Part shown: piece by piece, positions 1 to 9,300 of the stretch
Position numbering within the stretch: position 1 is the stretch's first letter
How the letters are laid out: each line of letters begins with the position of its first letter
Source: an uncultured Gammaproteobacteria bacterium
GTDB taxonomy: Bacteria; Patescibacteriota; Patescibacteriia; UBA9934
Assembly: GCA_964415145.1 (NCBI GenBank)
Contig: CAYPYH010000002.1
Coordinates: 1 to 28,550 of the forward strand
Length of the DNA: 28,550 bases
Direction: 5' to 3'
The notes under the pieces: model-generated
What the model saw: only the letters and a program-made list of their open reading frames with translations
Database searches by the model: none
Told to the model about the DNA's origin: nothing
Program-made: the position numbers and the translations under genes

Positions 1-142
1 TCGCCAGATCGGCCGGCTCGCCAGCGTCAGCAGCGGAGTGGTCCTGTGCGAGCGTGGGTGTGAACGCCACGCCGCCCTCGCGTGAGAACACGGGAACGGT
101 AAAGTGCTTGCCGCGATAGGATTCTTTTTGCTCGTGGTACAT
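1..142 (-). CDS. Partial hypothetical protein (5' end only; runs off the window), GC-rich
   Basis: ATG at 142 overlaps the TAA of the oxidoreductase (TAATG). GGAGG lies 4 nt upstream (147-151). The frame is open to base 1: MYHEQKESYRGKHFTVPVFSREGGVAFTPTLAQDHSAADAGEPADLA. Confidence 0.7.
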   Translation of the reverse strand, partial: MYHEQKESYRGKHFTVPVFSREGGVAFTPTLAQDHSAADAGEPADLA

Positions 143-1155
143 TATTCCTCCAATGTCTGCTTGCGCAGACGGTTGAGTCGAGACATGCACAGTACGTTAT
201 TGTACGCGGCATGGAAGTCGCTGAGGGGTTCGTCTCCCTCTTTGATCGAGCGCAACATGTCGCGCAGCTGTGCTTCGTAGGGGCTGCGGGCCACAAAGGG
301 ATGCAATTTGCCGTTTACGAAAAGTTGTCCCTCGCCCTTGGGACCAAGGGTCTCAATGCACTCAATAGTTCGATGTGAGGTGCGCATGGTGACTCGGCGC
401 GTTTGGCGCTTGATCACCGACACCTTGATACTGACGTCGGTTTTTTTATTGTCCCACTCGAGAGCGTACTGAAGGTCCACTTCTTCGTCGCGCTGACCAT
501 ACAGATCATTACGAATCTGCATGCGCGGGCGCTTCATGTGGTGTGCCGATACATTACTGATCCAGTAGGCGAGATCAATACAGTGTGTGCCAAGCGTGCT
601 CATGGCCCACCAGTCGGACGACTGTGAATTCATGCGCCATTCTTGCAAGGGCGCGATGTAGCTCCAATCGATCTCGATTGATTCGAGGCGCTCATTGAAC
701 CTGGGGTAGAGTGCTGCGCCCCGCATGTGCATGTGTGCGTCGTGATGGCGCAAGTGGTATCCCACGGCGAAATTGCCAGAGAATGATGCGTACGCCTTGG
801 AGAGCTTGTTGAACTCGCGCATATTTAGCGCTGCGGGCTTTTCCACGAGCACATGTTTTCCCGCCTTCATAAGCGAGATTGCGTGTGCCACGTGGTCGCG
901 GTCACGACTGGCTACGATCACGAAGTCGATCTCCGGATCGGCGGCGAGGCTCTGCACGTCGCCGTATAGGCGAGGAATGCCAAACTCATCGCACAATGCT
1001 TCGCCACGACCTTGGGTCTGACTCATTGCCGCAACAAGCTGGAGTTCGTCGATGCGCTTTATGGCAGGAATATGCCAATTGCGCACCACGTCGCCCGTGC
1101 CAATGACGGCCACGCGAAGCGGGGCGGTAGCCCTGTGAACAGCTCGGGAATTCAT
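142..1155 (-). CDS. Gfo/Idh/MocA family NAD(P)-dependent oxidoreductase
   Basis: Rossmann start VAVIGTGDVV, HVLVEKP motif, and GTHCID catalytic region. ATG 1155 (preceded by GGAAG) is preferred over TTG 1167. Confidence 0.88.
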   Translation of the reverse strand: MNSRAVHRATAPLRVAVIGTGDVVRNWHIPAIKRIDELQLVAAMSQTQGRGEALCDEFGIPRLYGDVQSLAADPEIDFVIVASRDRDHVAHAISLMKAGKHVLVEKPAALNMREFNKLSKAYASFSGNFAVGYHLRHHDAHMHMRGAALYPRFNERLESIEIDWSYIAPLQEWRMNSQSSDWWAMSTLGTHCIDLAYWISNVSAHHMKRPRMQIRNDLYGQRDEEVDLQYALEWDNKKTDVSIKVSVIKRQTRRVTMRTSHRTIECIETLGPKGEGQLFVNGKLHPFVARSPYEAQLRDMLRSIKEGDEPLSDFHAAYNNVLCMSRLNRLRKQTLEE

Positions 1156-1274
1156 GGGAACTTCCAATTGTGAAAGGACTTATGGAGGAACAGGGTCAAG
1201 ATACTCCCGTCTGTCAATTTTGTGTCAAATTCAAGTACATTTTGTAATACTTTATTCTATAAATAGTAATAATA

Positions 1275-1303
1275 TTGACTTTTGATGGGGAAAATGGTAG
1301 TTT
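1275..1303 (+). promoter_or_regulatory. Sigma70-type promoter for the TrmB-like gene
   Basis: TTGACT(1275-1280)-N17-TAGTTT(1298-1303) in an AT-rich intergenic region. Confidence 0.55.
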
Positions 1304-1327
1304 CAAACTTGTAATAATAAAGTACAT

Positions 1328-2056
1328 ATGAATACTTCAGAACTCACGCGTGCGGGACTTACCCTTCAAGAATCCGGGGTTTATAAAGCATTATTGCGTT
1401 TGAAAAAAGGAACGGTTTCGGATATCGCGCGCGTAAGTGGGCTCCATCGCCCAACGATCTACAAAGCTTTAGGTACACTTGTAGAAAAGCAATTACTTAG
1501 TGCCACGCTGCGTGGAAAACAAAAACTGTATATTGCGGAATCGCCTGAGCGATTGAAGGCATTATTTGAGCAATACGCACAAGGATTTTTAAATACCGTA
1601 ACTGAATTGCAAACAGATTTTGATCGCTCGAGTGAAAAACCTCAAATTAAATTCGTGGAAGGAATTGAGGGTATGCGGTCCGTATTAAAAGATAAAATGT
1701 ACCACCTCAAAAAAGGAAGTACATTTTATCGTTACGATGCATATGACGGAACGGTGCAGTATCAATCATTTCTTCCAAAAGATTATTCAGCTGTGCGGGA
1801 TGAAAAGGAATGGGAGCAGTTTGTAATTACGAACGCTACGCTACGAGGAAAGGAGTACAAAAAGCGTCTTAACTGTGCGTCTAAAGTATTCCCGCCCGAG
1901 TTTGATGCTTTTGAATATAATATCGGTCAAACGATTTACGGAAATACAGTAATCTTCGATGACTTTGATCAAAAAACGTCACTCGTGATTGAAAATCCTC
2001 GGTTTGCCGCATTCCAGAAAAAGATTTTTGAAATGCTTTACAGTAAACTTGGGTGA
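1328..2056 (+). CDS. TrmB-like winged-HTH transcriptional regulator
   Basis: N-terminal GLT..ESGVYKALL..GTVSDIARVSGLHRPTIYKAL..LVEKQL HTH, followed by a TrmB-type C-terminal domain. Confidence 0.82.
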   Translation: MNTSELTRAGLTLQESGVYKALLRLKKGTVSDIARVSGLHRPTIYKALGTLVEKQLLSATLRGKQKLYIAESPERLKALFEQYAQGFLNTVTELQTDFDRSSEKPQIKFVEGIEGMRSVLKDKMYHLKKGSTFYRYDAYDGTVQYQSFLPKDYSAVRDEKEWEQFVITNATLRGKEYKKRLNCASKVFPPEFDAFEYNIGQTIYGNTVIFDDFDQKTSLVIENPRFAAFQKKIFEMLYSKLG

Positions 2057-2820
2057 GTGAAGAAAACGGTTGGAGGACCGTCCGCTGTGTCTGTTGCGAC
2101 CGTATAGTCATGAAGCGAATTCATGTACAGTTCATAGTCATAGCGATGGTCTGCGCCATGTTTGGTATCGCCCGTATCTTGTACGATAAATTCCTGTTCT
2201 GAATCGTCATAGCCTTTAATGGTAGTCGCGTGATACGAAGACGCGGTTGGAATGAAGGGGATATTTTTATTTTTTAAATCAAAGCCGCGGTGAATGGCGA
2301 TCACGGGGCGACCTGCGTCTAGCTCTGCTTTGATCGCCTCGATGGTGGGATTGCGCACGAGCGTTGCTTCAAAAGAAGAATTTGTTTGCATGATCGCGAG
2401 CATGCGCTCTGCGTCCGAATTCGCATCTTCTCCATATTGTGCATTTTGCCAATCAAAAAGAATCTGCATGCTTGCTTTTGCCTCTTCTTTACTTACACTT
2501 GAAAGTCCTGCATAGAATTTTTCAACCATGGTGATTGCGGCTTCTTCGCATCCATTTTTCCAAGAACCGACCCACACACCATCGGGCGTTTCGGCGATAT
2601 AGGGCACCGAAAGATTTGCAGACGCATAGGCGGGTTTTTCTGATGCAGGGGTAACGATTTCTGCAATAGATTCAGTGACCGTGTCTATGAAGGTGGGATT
2701 TACACCTTCGGTTTCCGTTGGATTTGGTGCATGGCGATTGGCACGAATGGATGCAAAAACAATGCCTCCGCTTAAGACGAAGAAGAGTATGAGAAGGGCG
2801 GTTTTTTGTTTCATGATCAT
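2038..2820 (-). CDS. Exported C39-like (papain-fold) peptidase domain protein
   Basis: N-terminal TM/signal. LSVPYI..NGCEEAA (Cys), ELDAGRPVI, YHATTIKGYD (His/Asp) and DTG motifs typical of Peptidase_C39-like proteins. Confidence 0.75.
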   Translation of the reverse strand: MIMKQKTALLILFFVLSGGIVFASIRANRHAPNPTETEGVNPTFIDTVTESIAEIVTPASEKPAYASANLSVPYIAETPDGVWVGSWKNGCEEAAITMVEKFYAGLSSVSKEEAKASMQILFDWQNAQYGEDANSDAERMLAIMQTNSSFEATLVRNPTIEAIKAELDAGRPVIAIHRGFDLKNKNIPFIPTASSYHATTIKGYDDSEQEFIVQDTGDTKHGADHRYDYELYMNSLHDYTVATDTADGPPTVFFTHPSLL

Positions 2821-2845
2821 ATGGAATCATTCTATCACTAGAATC

Positions 2846-2868
2846 AAAAAACCGCCCCTAAGGGGCGG
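2846..2868 (-). terminator. Intrinsic terminator
   Basis: CCGCCCC-TAA-GGGGCGG stem (2852-2868) followed by a U-run on the minus strand, just after the 2879 stop. Confidence 0.7.
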
Positions 2869-2878
2869 CGATTATGAA

Positions 2879-3403
2879 TTAAGGTTGCACAACCTCGGTA
2901 TCGAGGTTGAAGTCAGGGTTGCCGTCTCGCCCAAGTCCTTTGTGACCAAATGCACCACGGGGTCCGTCATGATGTTCGCCTCGCGGGCCGCCAATGTGAT
3001 CTTTCATCTCTTCCATGTGGGCTTTTATCGCTTCATGTCGCGCATCTTCATCGAGTGAAGAGAGGCTTTCAAAGAATGCTTTTTCATCTATATCTTTTGC
3101 ACTAATTGCATCCGCTTGCGCCTGTGTGAGTTTTCCGTCCACTACAGCTTTCGCAAGCATTTCTTGTTTATGTGTTTCATGGAGTGCGCGTTGTTCCTCG
3201 ATTTGCTCATCTATCACTTGTTGTACGTCGGATTCACTTAAGTTGAATCGTTCGGCGATCGCTTCTACTAGGCCGGACAGATGCCCTTGCTCAAAGGAAG
3301 GTTGGGCTGCAAGTGTTGTACTGGCACCGATCGCCACCACTCCAAGGCCCGCAATAAGAGTGGACGCTGCAAGTAATCGTCGTGAGTATCTTATTTTTTT
3401 CAT
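2879..3403 (-). CDS. Secreted helical hypothetical protein with His/Gly/Arg-rich C-terminus
   Basis: Signal peptide MKKIRYSRRLLAASTLIAGLGVVAIGASTTLAA, LVEAIAERFNL..DV and AV.DGKLTQAQADAI motifs. ATG 3403 is preferred over TTG 3439. Confidence 0.75.
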   Translation of the reverse strand: MKKIRYSRRLLAASTLIAGLGVVAIGASTTLAAQPSFEQGHLSGLVEAIAERFNLSESDVQQVIDEQIEEQRALHETHKQEMLAKAVVDGKLTQAQADAISAKDIDEKAFFESLSSLDEDARHEAIKAHMEEMKDHIGGPRGEHHDGPRGAFGHKGLGRDGNPDFNLDTEVVQP

Positions 3404-3550
3404 GTATGAATGGTTAGATGGATTAGAAGTTCTAAGCAATAAAGGTGAGTCTAAAAAGGTGATATTGAGAGTCGCGTTTCTCCAAATAACCCTTCATAAA
3501 GACTCTGCGCCACGGAACACATTTAGGGGCGCTTCCCACATTGCATCGTT

Positions 3551-3584
3551 ACCGTAGCAAAGGTCCCATGAAGTAATTATGAAG
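3551..3584 (-). promoter_or_regulatory. Candidate OmpR-family direct-repeat box plus -10 (copy 2)
   Basis: Minus strand CTTCAT-N5-CTTCAT-N11-TACGGT, the same geometry as the site upstream of the response regulator. Confidence 0.45.
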
Positions 3585-4629
3585 CCCTGTGGATAGGTAG
3601 AGAAATGGTAACAATAGTGCCTTTTTCTGGTTCACTTTGCATGGCTACGTGTCCACCAAGTGCGCTTACAATGGATTCCACAATGGAAAGTCCAAGCCCG
3701 CTACCACCACTTTGGCGCGAGCGACTTTTGTCACTGCGATAAAAGCGTTTGAATACACTTTTGATTTCTTCTTTTGCAATGCCGATTCCGGTGTCCGCAA
3801 TACGAATTTTAACCTGCGTGTCGTGTGTATTGAGCGTGATGTTCACGCTTCCATTTTCTTTATTATACAAAATGGCGTTTTGGATTACATTCGTGAATGC
3901 GTGAGCGACAAGTTCCGCACGTGGCGCCATTATGAATAATGGTTCTTGCGTGTGTGACTGTAGAGTGAGGGTGATATGTGCTTTTTGAGCAATAGGGGAA
4001 ATCCGTTCAACGGTATTCGAGAGTACATCGGTTAGATTTACAGGTATCCACGTTTCATTTGTGGGCAATGTGTCGCGGTGTAATTGAGAAACCGTTAATA
4101 AATCTTGCACAAGATTCCGCATACGCGCCACTTCTTCTAAGTGACTTTCTATTTGCTGGCGCATTTCAGATGATGGGGCAGAGTCGCGTTCATTTTCTAA
4201 ATTTGTTTGCAAAATCGCAAGTGGCGTGCGCAATTCATGCGAAGCATCGCTCAAGAAGCGTCTTTGTTTATGATAAGCCTTGCGAATGGGCTGCAAGGTG
4301 GAGCCGGCAAACCAATAACTTAAAATACCGGTAAGAAGGAGGAGGGTAAGATTTACGGTAAGCACGGTTTCTACTAAATCTTGCCGAACCTCAATAGCAT
4401 TTGGAGGAGGGGGAATACGGTCTGGATGTTCTTGGGTGGCGTGCTGAAAGCGTTCGTATCGGTCGGTGATTCGTTGTGAGAATACGAAACGTGTAATGCT
4501 TCCAGAAAAAAGAAGAATGAGCGCTACAATTACAACGTATATGCTTGTAAGGATAACGCGCGATTGCTTAAAGTATAAATCAAATGACTCGGTATCCTTT
4601 GCCCCAAACAGTTTGAATGCGTTTTGCAT
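3577..4629 (-). CDS. Two-component sensor histidine kinase (HisKA + HATPase_c)
   Basis: Two TM segments, H-box FLSDASHELRTPL, N-box NVIQNAILYN, G1 IADTGIGI, F-box FKRFYR, G2 GSGLGLSIV. Confidence 0.95.
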   Translation of the reverse strand: MQNAFKLFGAKDTESFDLYFKQSRVILTSIYVVIVALILLFSGSITRFVFSQRITDRYERFQHATQEHPDRIPPPPNAIEVRQDLVETVLTVNLTLLLLTGILSYWFAGSTLQPIRKAYHKQRRFLSDASHELRTPLAILQTNLENERDSAPSSEMRQQIESHLEEVARMRNLVQDLLTVSQLHRDTLPTNETWIPVNLTDVLSNTVERISPIAQKAHITLTLQSHTQEPLFIMAPRAELVAHAFTNVIQNAILYNKENGSVNITLNTHDTQVKIRIADTGIGIAKEEIKSVFKRFYRSDKSRSRQSGGSGLGLSIVESIVSALGGHVAMQSEPEKGTIVTISLPIHRAS

Positions 4630-5242
4630 ATTCTTTCGGTAGTTTCTTACGAAGATTTTTCAGGTGGACATCGACAACATTACTAAAGGAATCATGGAAT
4701 CGGTCCCATACATGGGTAAGAATATCTTCGCGGGTGACGACGGCACCCTTATTGCGTAAGAAATATTCCAGTAATCCGTATTCGCGCAAGGTGAGTTCGA
4801 CGGGCTTTTTGCTGATGGTGACGATTTGTGAACGAGTGTCGAGTTGTAGATCTTTGAGCGTCAAAATATCGCCGGATAATTGAGGGACGCGGCGCATGAG
4901 CGTGCGTATGCGCGCCACAAGTTCTTCGAATGAAAAAGGTTTCACGAGATAATCGTCGGCGCCACTATCCAAGCCTTCCACGGTGTCTTCTACAGTGTCG
5001 CGTGCGGTCAAGAATAAGATGGGCGTATGAATACCGTGTGCGCGTAGATTGCGACAAACCGTTACGCCGTCGCGTATGGGTAGCATGCGGTCCAAAATGA
5101 TGACATCGTATTCATTCATGCGCGCCAAATTTTCTCCTTCTTCACCGTCGTAGGCAAAATCAACCGCATACCCGCGGTTTTGAAGGCCTGTTACCAGGCC
5201 TTTGTTTAGCTTTACTTCATCTTCAACAATGAGGATCTTCAT
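4580..5242 (-). CDS. OmpR/PhoB-family response regulator
   Basis: MKILIVEDE, IILDRMLP (phospho-Asp), LFLTARD, GADDYLVKPF, and winged helix NVVDVHLKNLRKKL..TVWGKGY. Confidence 0.96.
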   Translation of the reverse strand: MKILIVEDEVKLNKGLVTGLQNRGYAVDFAYDGEEGENLARMNEYDVIILDRMLPIRDGVTVCRNLRAHGIHTPILFLTARDTVEDTVEGLDSGADDYLVKPFSFEELVARIRTLMRRVPQLSGDILTLKDLQLDTRSQIVTISKKPVELTLREYGLLEYFLRNKGAVVTREDILTHVWDRFHDSFSNVVDVHLKNLRKKLPKEYAKRIQTVWGKGYRVI

Positions 5243-5249
5243 ACCTAGC

Positions 5250-5285
5250 ACCTTACTTCATTATATGTGAAGAGAATATGAAGAG
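5250..5285 (-). promoter_or_regulatory. Candidate OmpR-family direct-repeat box plus -10 (copy 1)
   Basis: Minus strand CTTCAT-N5-CTTCAC-N11-TAAGGT-N7-ATG. A TATAAT (5260-5265) also lies in the spacer. Confidence 0.5.
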
Positions 5286-5286
5286 G

Positions 5287-5709
5287 TTATTTGAGGACGA
5301 TCAAGAATGCGCCAAGAGCAACAAGTGCGGCGCCCGTAAGAGAGCGTGCGCTGAGTGATTCACCCAAGAATAGCGCCGCTAATAAAACAACGAATACCAG
5401 ACTTGTACGGTCTATTGCGGCTACGCGTGTGGCGTCGCCTGTTTTGAGGGCTACAAAGTAAAAGAGCCATGAAAGGGCGCCGCTGACCGAGGCAAGTAAT
5501 AAGAAGGTCCAATCTTTTTGATTAAGATCTGAAAAAGAAAATCCTTTCCATGCACCACTCATGGCGGTGATAGAAATAAGAAAGAAAGCCATAATTGTGC
5601 CGCGTAGTGTTGTGGCGAGTGTTGGATCAATATCTTTCAATCCCATCTTTCCAAAAATGGCGACACCTGCGGCGGTAATAGATGAAAGCGCAGCGAAAAT
5701 AATCCACAT
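5287..5709 (-). CDS. EamA/DMT family transporter (single domain)
   Basis: AIFGKMGLKDIDPTLATTLR, SGALSWLFYFVALKTG.A.RVAAIDRTSLVFVVLLAALFLGE; about 5 TM segments. Confidence 0.9.
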   Translation of the reverse strand: MWIIFAALSSITAAGVAIFGKMGLKDIDPTLATTLRGTIMAFFLISITAMSGAWKGFSFSDLNQKDWTFLLLASVSGALSWLFYFVALKTGDATRVAAIDRTSLVFVVLLAALFLGESLSARSLTGAALVALGAFLIVLK

Positions 5710-5723
5710 ATACAGTAAGTGTA

Positions 5724-6302
5724 TCAGTATGGCGCCTTAGTAGTCGATTTAAGAGCTGCGGTGAGCGTATTGCAAAGAGTCTTTGCGAGGGATCCGTAAA
5801 AAACTATTGCGACAGCAAAAAGATACATAACACATAAGGCACCCATAATGCCACCTCGTGTATTTCCTGGAGCAATGGGTTCAATGGCGAGTACGATTAT
5901 TCCTATAAAAAGTGTGAGCGTGGGGAGCGTGAGATAGAGACCAAGAATCCGCAAGAGGCTTTGGGGTTTTGTATTTGTTTTGCGTAGCGTGCGTGTCCCG
6001 TGTGATATGAGTTGGAAGAGGAGGCTGACAATAAGATGTGCGCGCAGCATGGTGGACCAAAAAAGTGGGTCATTTGAGGTAATACTTACAGCGTCTAGGC
6101 CTAAGAGGGTAAAAATTTGTTGATACAAACCTTGGTCGAATGATGCATGTGAGAAGAGGACGGTTACCCAGACAAAGAGCAGGAGTACACTGATCCCTTG
6201 AACAAAGATGGCCGGAGTAAATTGAGTGAATGCAAAATAGTCGATGAGAAATATAAGAAGAGAACGTAGAATTTGGGATATGCGCACAGAGATATATTTC
6301 AT
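5724..6302 (-). CDS. Hypothetical multi-pass membrane protein
   Basis: About 192-aa ORF with 4-5 hydrophobic segments and no recognisable family motif. ATG 6302 is preferred over TTG 6320. Confidence 0.65.
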   Translation of the reverse strand: MKYISVRISQILRSLLIFLIDYFAFTQFTPAIFVQGISVLLLFVWVTVLFSHASFDQGLYQQIFTLLGLDAVSITSNDPLFWSTMLRAHLIVSLLFQLISHGTRTLRKTNTKPQSLLRILGLYLTLPTLTLFIGIIVLAIEPIAPGNTRGGIMGALCVMYLFAVAIVFYGSLAKTLCNTLTAALKSTTKAPY

Positions 6303-6377
6303 AATGGGTGGATAATTCAAAGTGTATCAGATTGTAGAAAGATAGGCGTACTGTATAATGAGTGCATCTATTGCTGT

Positions 6378-9300
6378 ATGCAACTAACATTACAAACGTG
6401 GGGACAGAAGGTGTTGATGGGATGCATATTGGCAGGGGCGCTTGCGCTGGGTTTTATGTGGTGGTCCGGGTCTGCGCACGCAGCTTTTATTCAGTCTGCG
6501 ACAGGAACAAAAACAAGTAATCAAGCGACTCCTGCGAGCGTGAGTGCAACACTTGCTACCTCGCCAGTCGCGGGGCAGTTATTGATTGCGATGGTGGGTG
6601 CAAATGGAAATGCGACTATCACGGGGCCCGCGGGATGGTCTACGGCAATCAATCAAAGCGGAACTCCTTCACAGGCGATTTTTTACAAAATCGCCGCAGG
6701 AACGGAATTGACGGTCACAAGTACGGTAAATGCAAATCCGGGGTCCATTGGAATACAGGTTTTTGTATACAGTGGGAATACGACTTCTTTCGCAGAAGTT
6801 TCGTCGGCGACAGGGACGAGTGCTGCGCCAAATGGTGGCTCTGTCACCACCACAGATGCGAATGAATTAGTATTTAGCGCATTTACATTGAATACGAATG
6901 TAACAACAGCCAATACGTCGTGGAATGATGGGGGAGAGGGATTTGCGGAGCGTGCAGATGTGCAAACGGGAGGAGCAGCGGCGCGTAGAGCGGGGTATAC
7001 ATCGGGTGATAATCTTACAAATAGTGCTGGAAGTCACGGTGTGACTACGGCTACGAGCGCTTCAAGTACTTGGCGCGGGCAAACCGTACGTTTCCGCACG
7101 AAGACTTCGGTTGCCGATGTCACTTCGTCATTGGAAAATGGAACATATGGTGCGGGTCAGGTTGTGCCTATTCAAATTACATTCTCGCGTGCCGTTACGG
7201 TAAATACAATCGGGGGAACGCCAGAGCTTGGCTTGAATAATGGAGCGCATCCTAGGTATTCGAGTGGGTCGGGTACGAATACGCTTACATTTAACTACAC
7301 AATAGGCAGCGGTGGAGACATTGTAGATTTAGATTATGCGGCAATAGACGCATTGAGCTTGGCTAGGGGAACAATATTGGACGATGTGAATAGCGCGGCA
7401 GTGCTTACACTTCCAGTTCCTAGCATGGTGGGTTCTTTAGGATTCAATAAGGATATTGCTATTCATACAGGGACCCCAACATTTTCGCTTCAATACTATG
7501 CAGATAGTGATCTTACCGTTTCCCTGGGAGATCATCCGCACTTAGCGGTGGGCACATATTATATTGCTGTTATTGCAGATGAGGTATTGGAAGGTGCTCC
7601 TACTATCTCGATTCACGCAGCTGGCACAGAGAATGACGTGACGGACGGGGCGACGGTTTTGGTCTATGGAAATACGTATCGCTATGCGCGCACGGTTGTA
7701 TATGATGCAGCGGCGAATGGAGAGGTTGCCTCGGAAGTTCATATTACGGGAACTGATGCTGCGGGGAATGAATCAATAAATGCGCATCCGTCCAATATGA
7801 CAACGGTCGTTGCGTATATTGACACGGTGGCGCCTGCGGCGCCCGTCATTGAATCTATTTCTTCGAATAACTATGTGAGCGCCACAGAAAAATCAAATAT
7901 TATCGTAACGGGTACCGCTGAGGCGGACAGTCTTGTGTCGGTTACGCTTTCTGATGGGACGAATAGTCGCACACAAACACAGCAGCTCAGCGGTGGGTCA
8001 ACAATATTTTCAGTTGGTATAGATGGGTTGCTAGCGACACCTGCGGCATTAGAAGATGGAACACTTACGCCGTCAGTTACTGCCACGGATATTGCGACAA
8101 ATGTGAGTTTGGCGGATACCGCTCCGGTGGCGATTCAAGATAGTATTGCACCATCTTTAGGGTCTGTAAGTATTGCGTCAAACAATGTAAATCCCGCATA
8201 TGCAAAAGCGGGGGACATTGTGACGCTCACATTTACGTCTAGCGAAGATTTGAGTACGCCCTCGGTGACGTTTAATGGTGCGCCGGTAAGTGTGTCTGGA
8301 AGTGGAACAAGTTGGACTGCTTCACGCACCATGACATTGGCGGATGCGGAAGGCGCTATGTCTGTTTCTATTAGTTATAACGATCTCGCACAAAATCCTG
8401 GGGCGCCTATTACGAATACAATGGATGGCTCTTCTGTGACATTTGAAATGACGCCACCTATATTGAGCGAAATATCCCCAGTAGCGACCCCTGCAAATGA
8501 TAGTACGCCGCAATATACATTTTCTAGCAGCGAAGCGGGCGCGATTACATATGGAGGATCTTGTATGAGCGCAGCAAGCAGTGCTTTTGTGGGACCTAAT
8601 ATTATTACATTTAACGAATTGGCTGACGGAGTGTATTTGGATTGCACAGTACGAGTGACAGACTTGGCGGGAAATATAAGCGCCGTATTGAATGTTTCTT
8701 CTTTTACGGTAGATACATCGGCGGCGGCAGTGCTAGATATTCATTCGGAAAATACAGATGGCGTGTATCATGAGAGCGATATTATTACGATACACGTAGA
8801 GTTTGATGAAACGGTATATGCTTCTGGTGCACCTTTTATTGCGCTTAATGCGAGCGGGTCTGCAGTGGCGACGTATTTTAATGGATCTGGAACCGATTTC
8901 TTGATCTTTCACTATACAGTTGCTTTGGGAGATGTTGTGGCTGATCTAGACTATACTTCGACCACGGCGCTTTCTTTGAACGGAGGAGCGATTACGGATG
9001 CCGCTGGTAGTCCAGCTAATACTGTTTTTCCTGCGATCGGAGCACCTGGATCTTTAGGTCAGAATAGTACTATCGAAATCGATGCGAGCATTCCAGACAC
9101 AAATGCTCCTGTGGTAACGAGTGTTTCTTCAATGAATGCGGACGGCTTGTACGGAGTTGAGGACACGGTTACGGTTATTGTGCAGTTTGATGAAGTAGTG
9201 GAAGTTACAGGGACCCCGCAATTGAATTTAGCTATTGGTGGAGGGAGATATGTTGATTATGTGAGCGGATCTGGATCGGGATCGCTCTTGTTTACATTCA

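Noticed and set aside
3441-3462. AAAGGTGA direct repeat upstream of the secreted-protein gene
   Set aside because: The 14-bp period does not match OmpR-type phasing, it occurs once, and it could arise by chance.
3015-3557. 180-aa Ser/Cys-rich plus-strand ORF
   Set aside because: Antisense of the secreted-protein gene; its composition reflects the reverse-complement of Glu/Ala codons.
6273-6377. Upstream start of the 1539-aa ORF
   Set aside because: It overlaps the divergent gene and lies upstream of the TATAAT at 6354. The signal peptide fits ATG 6378.
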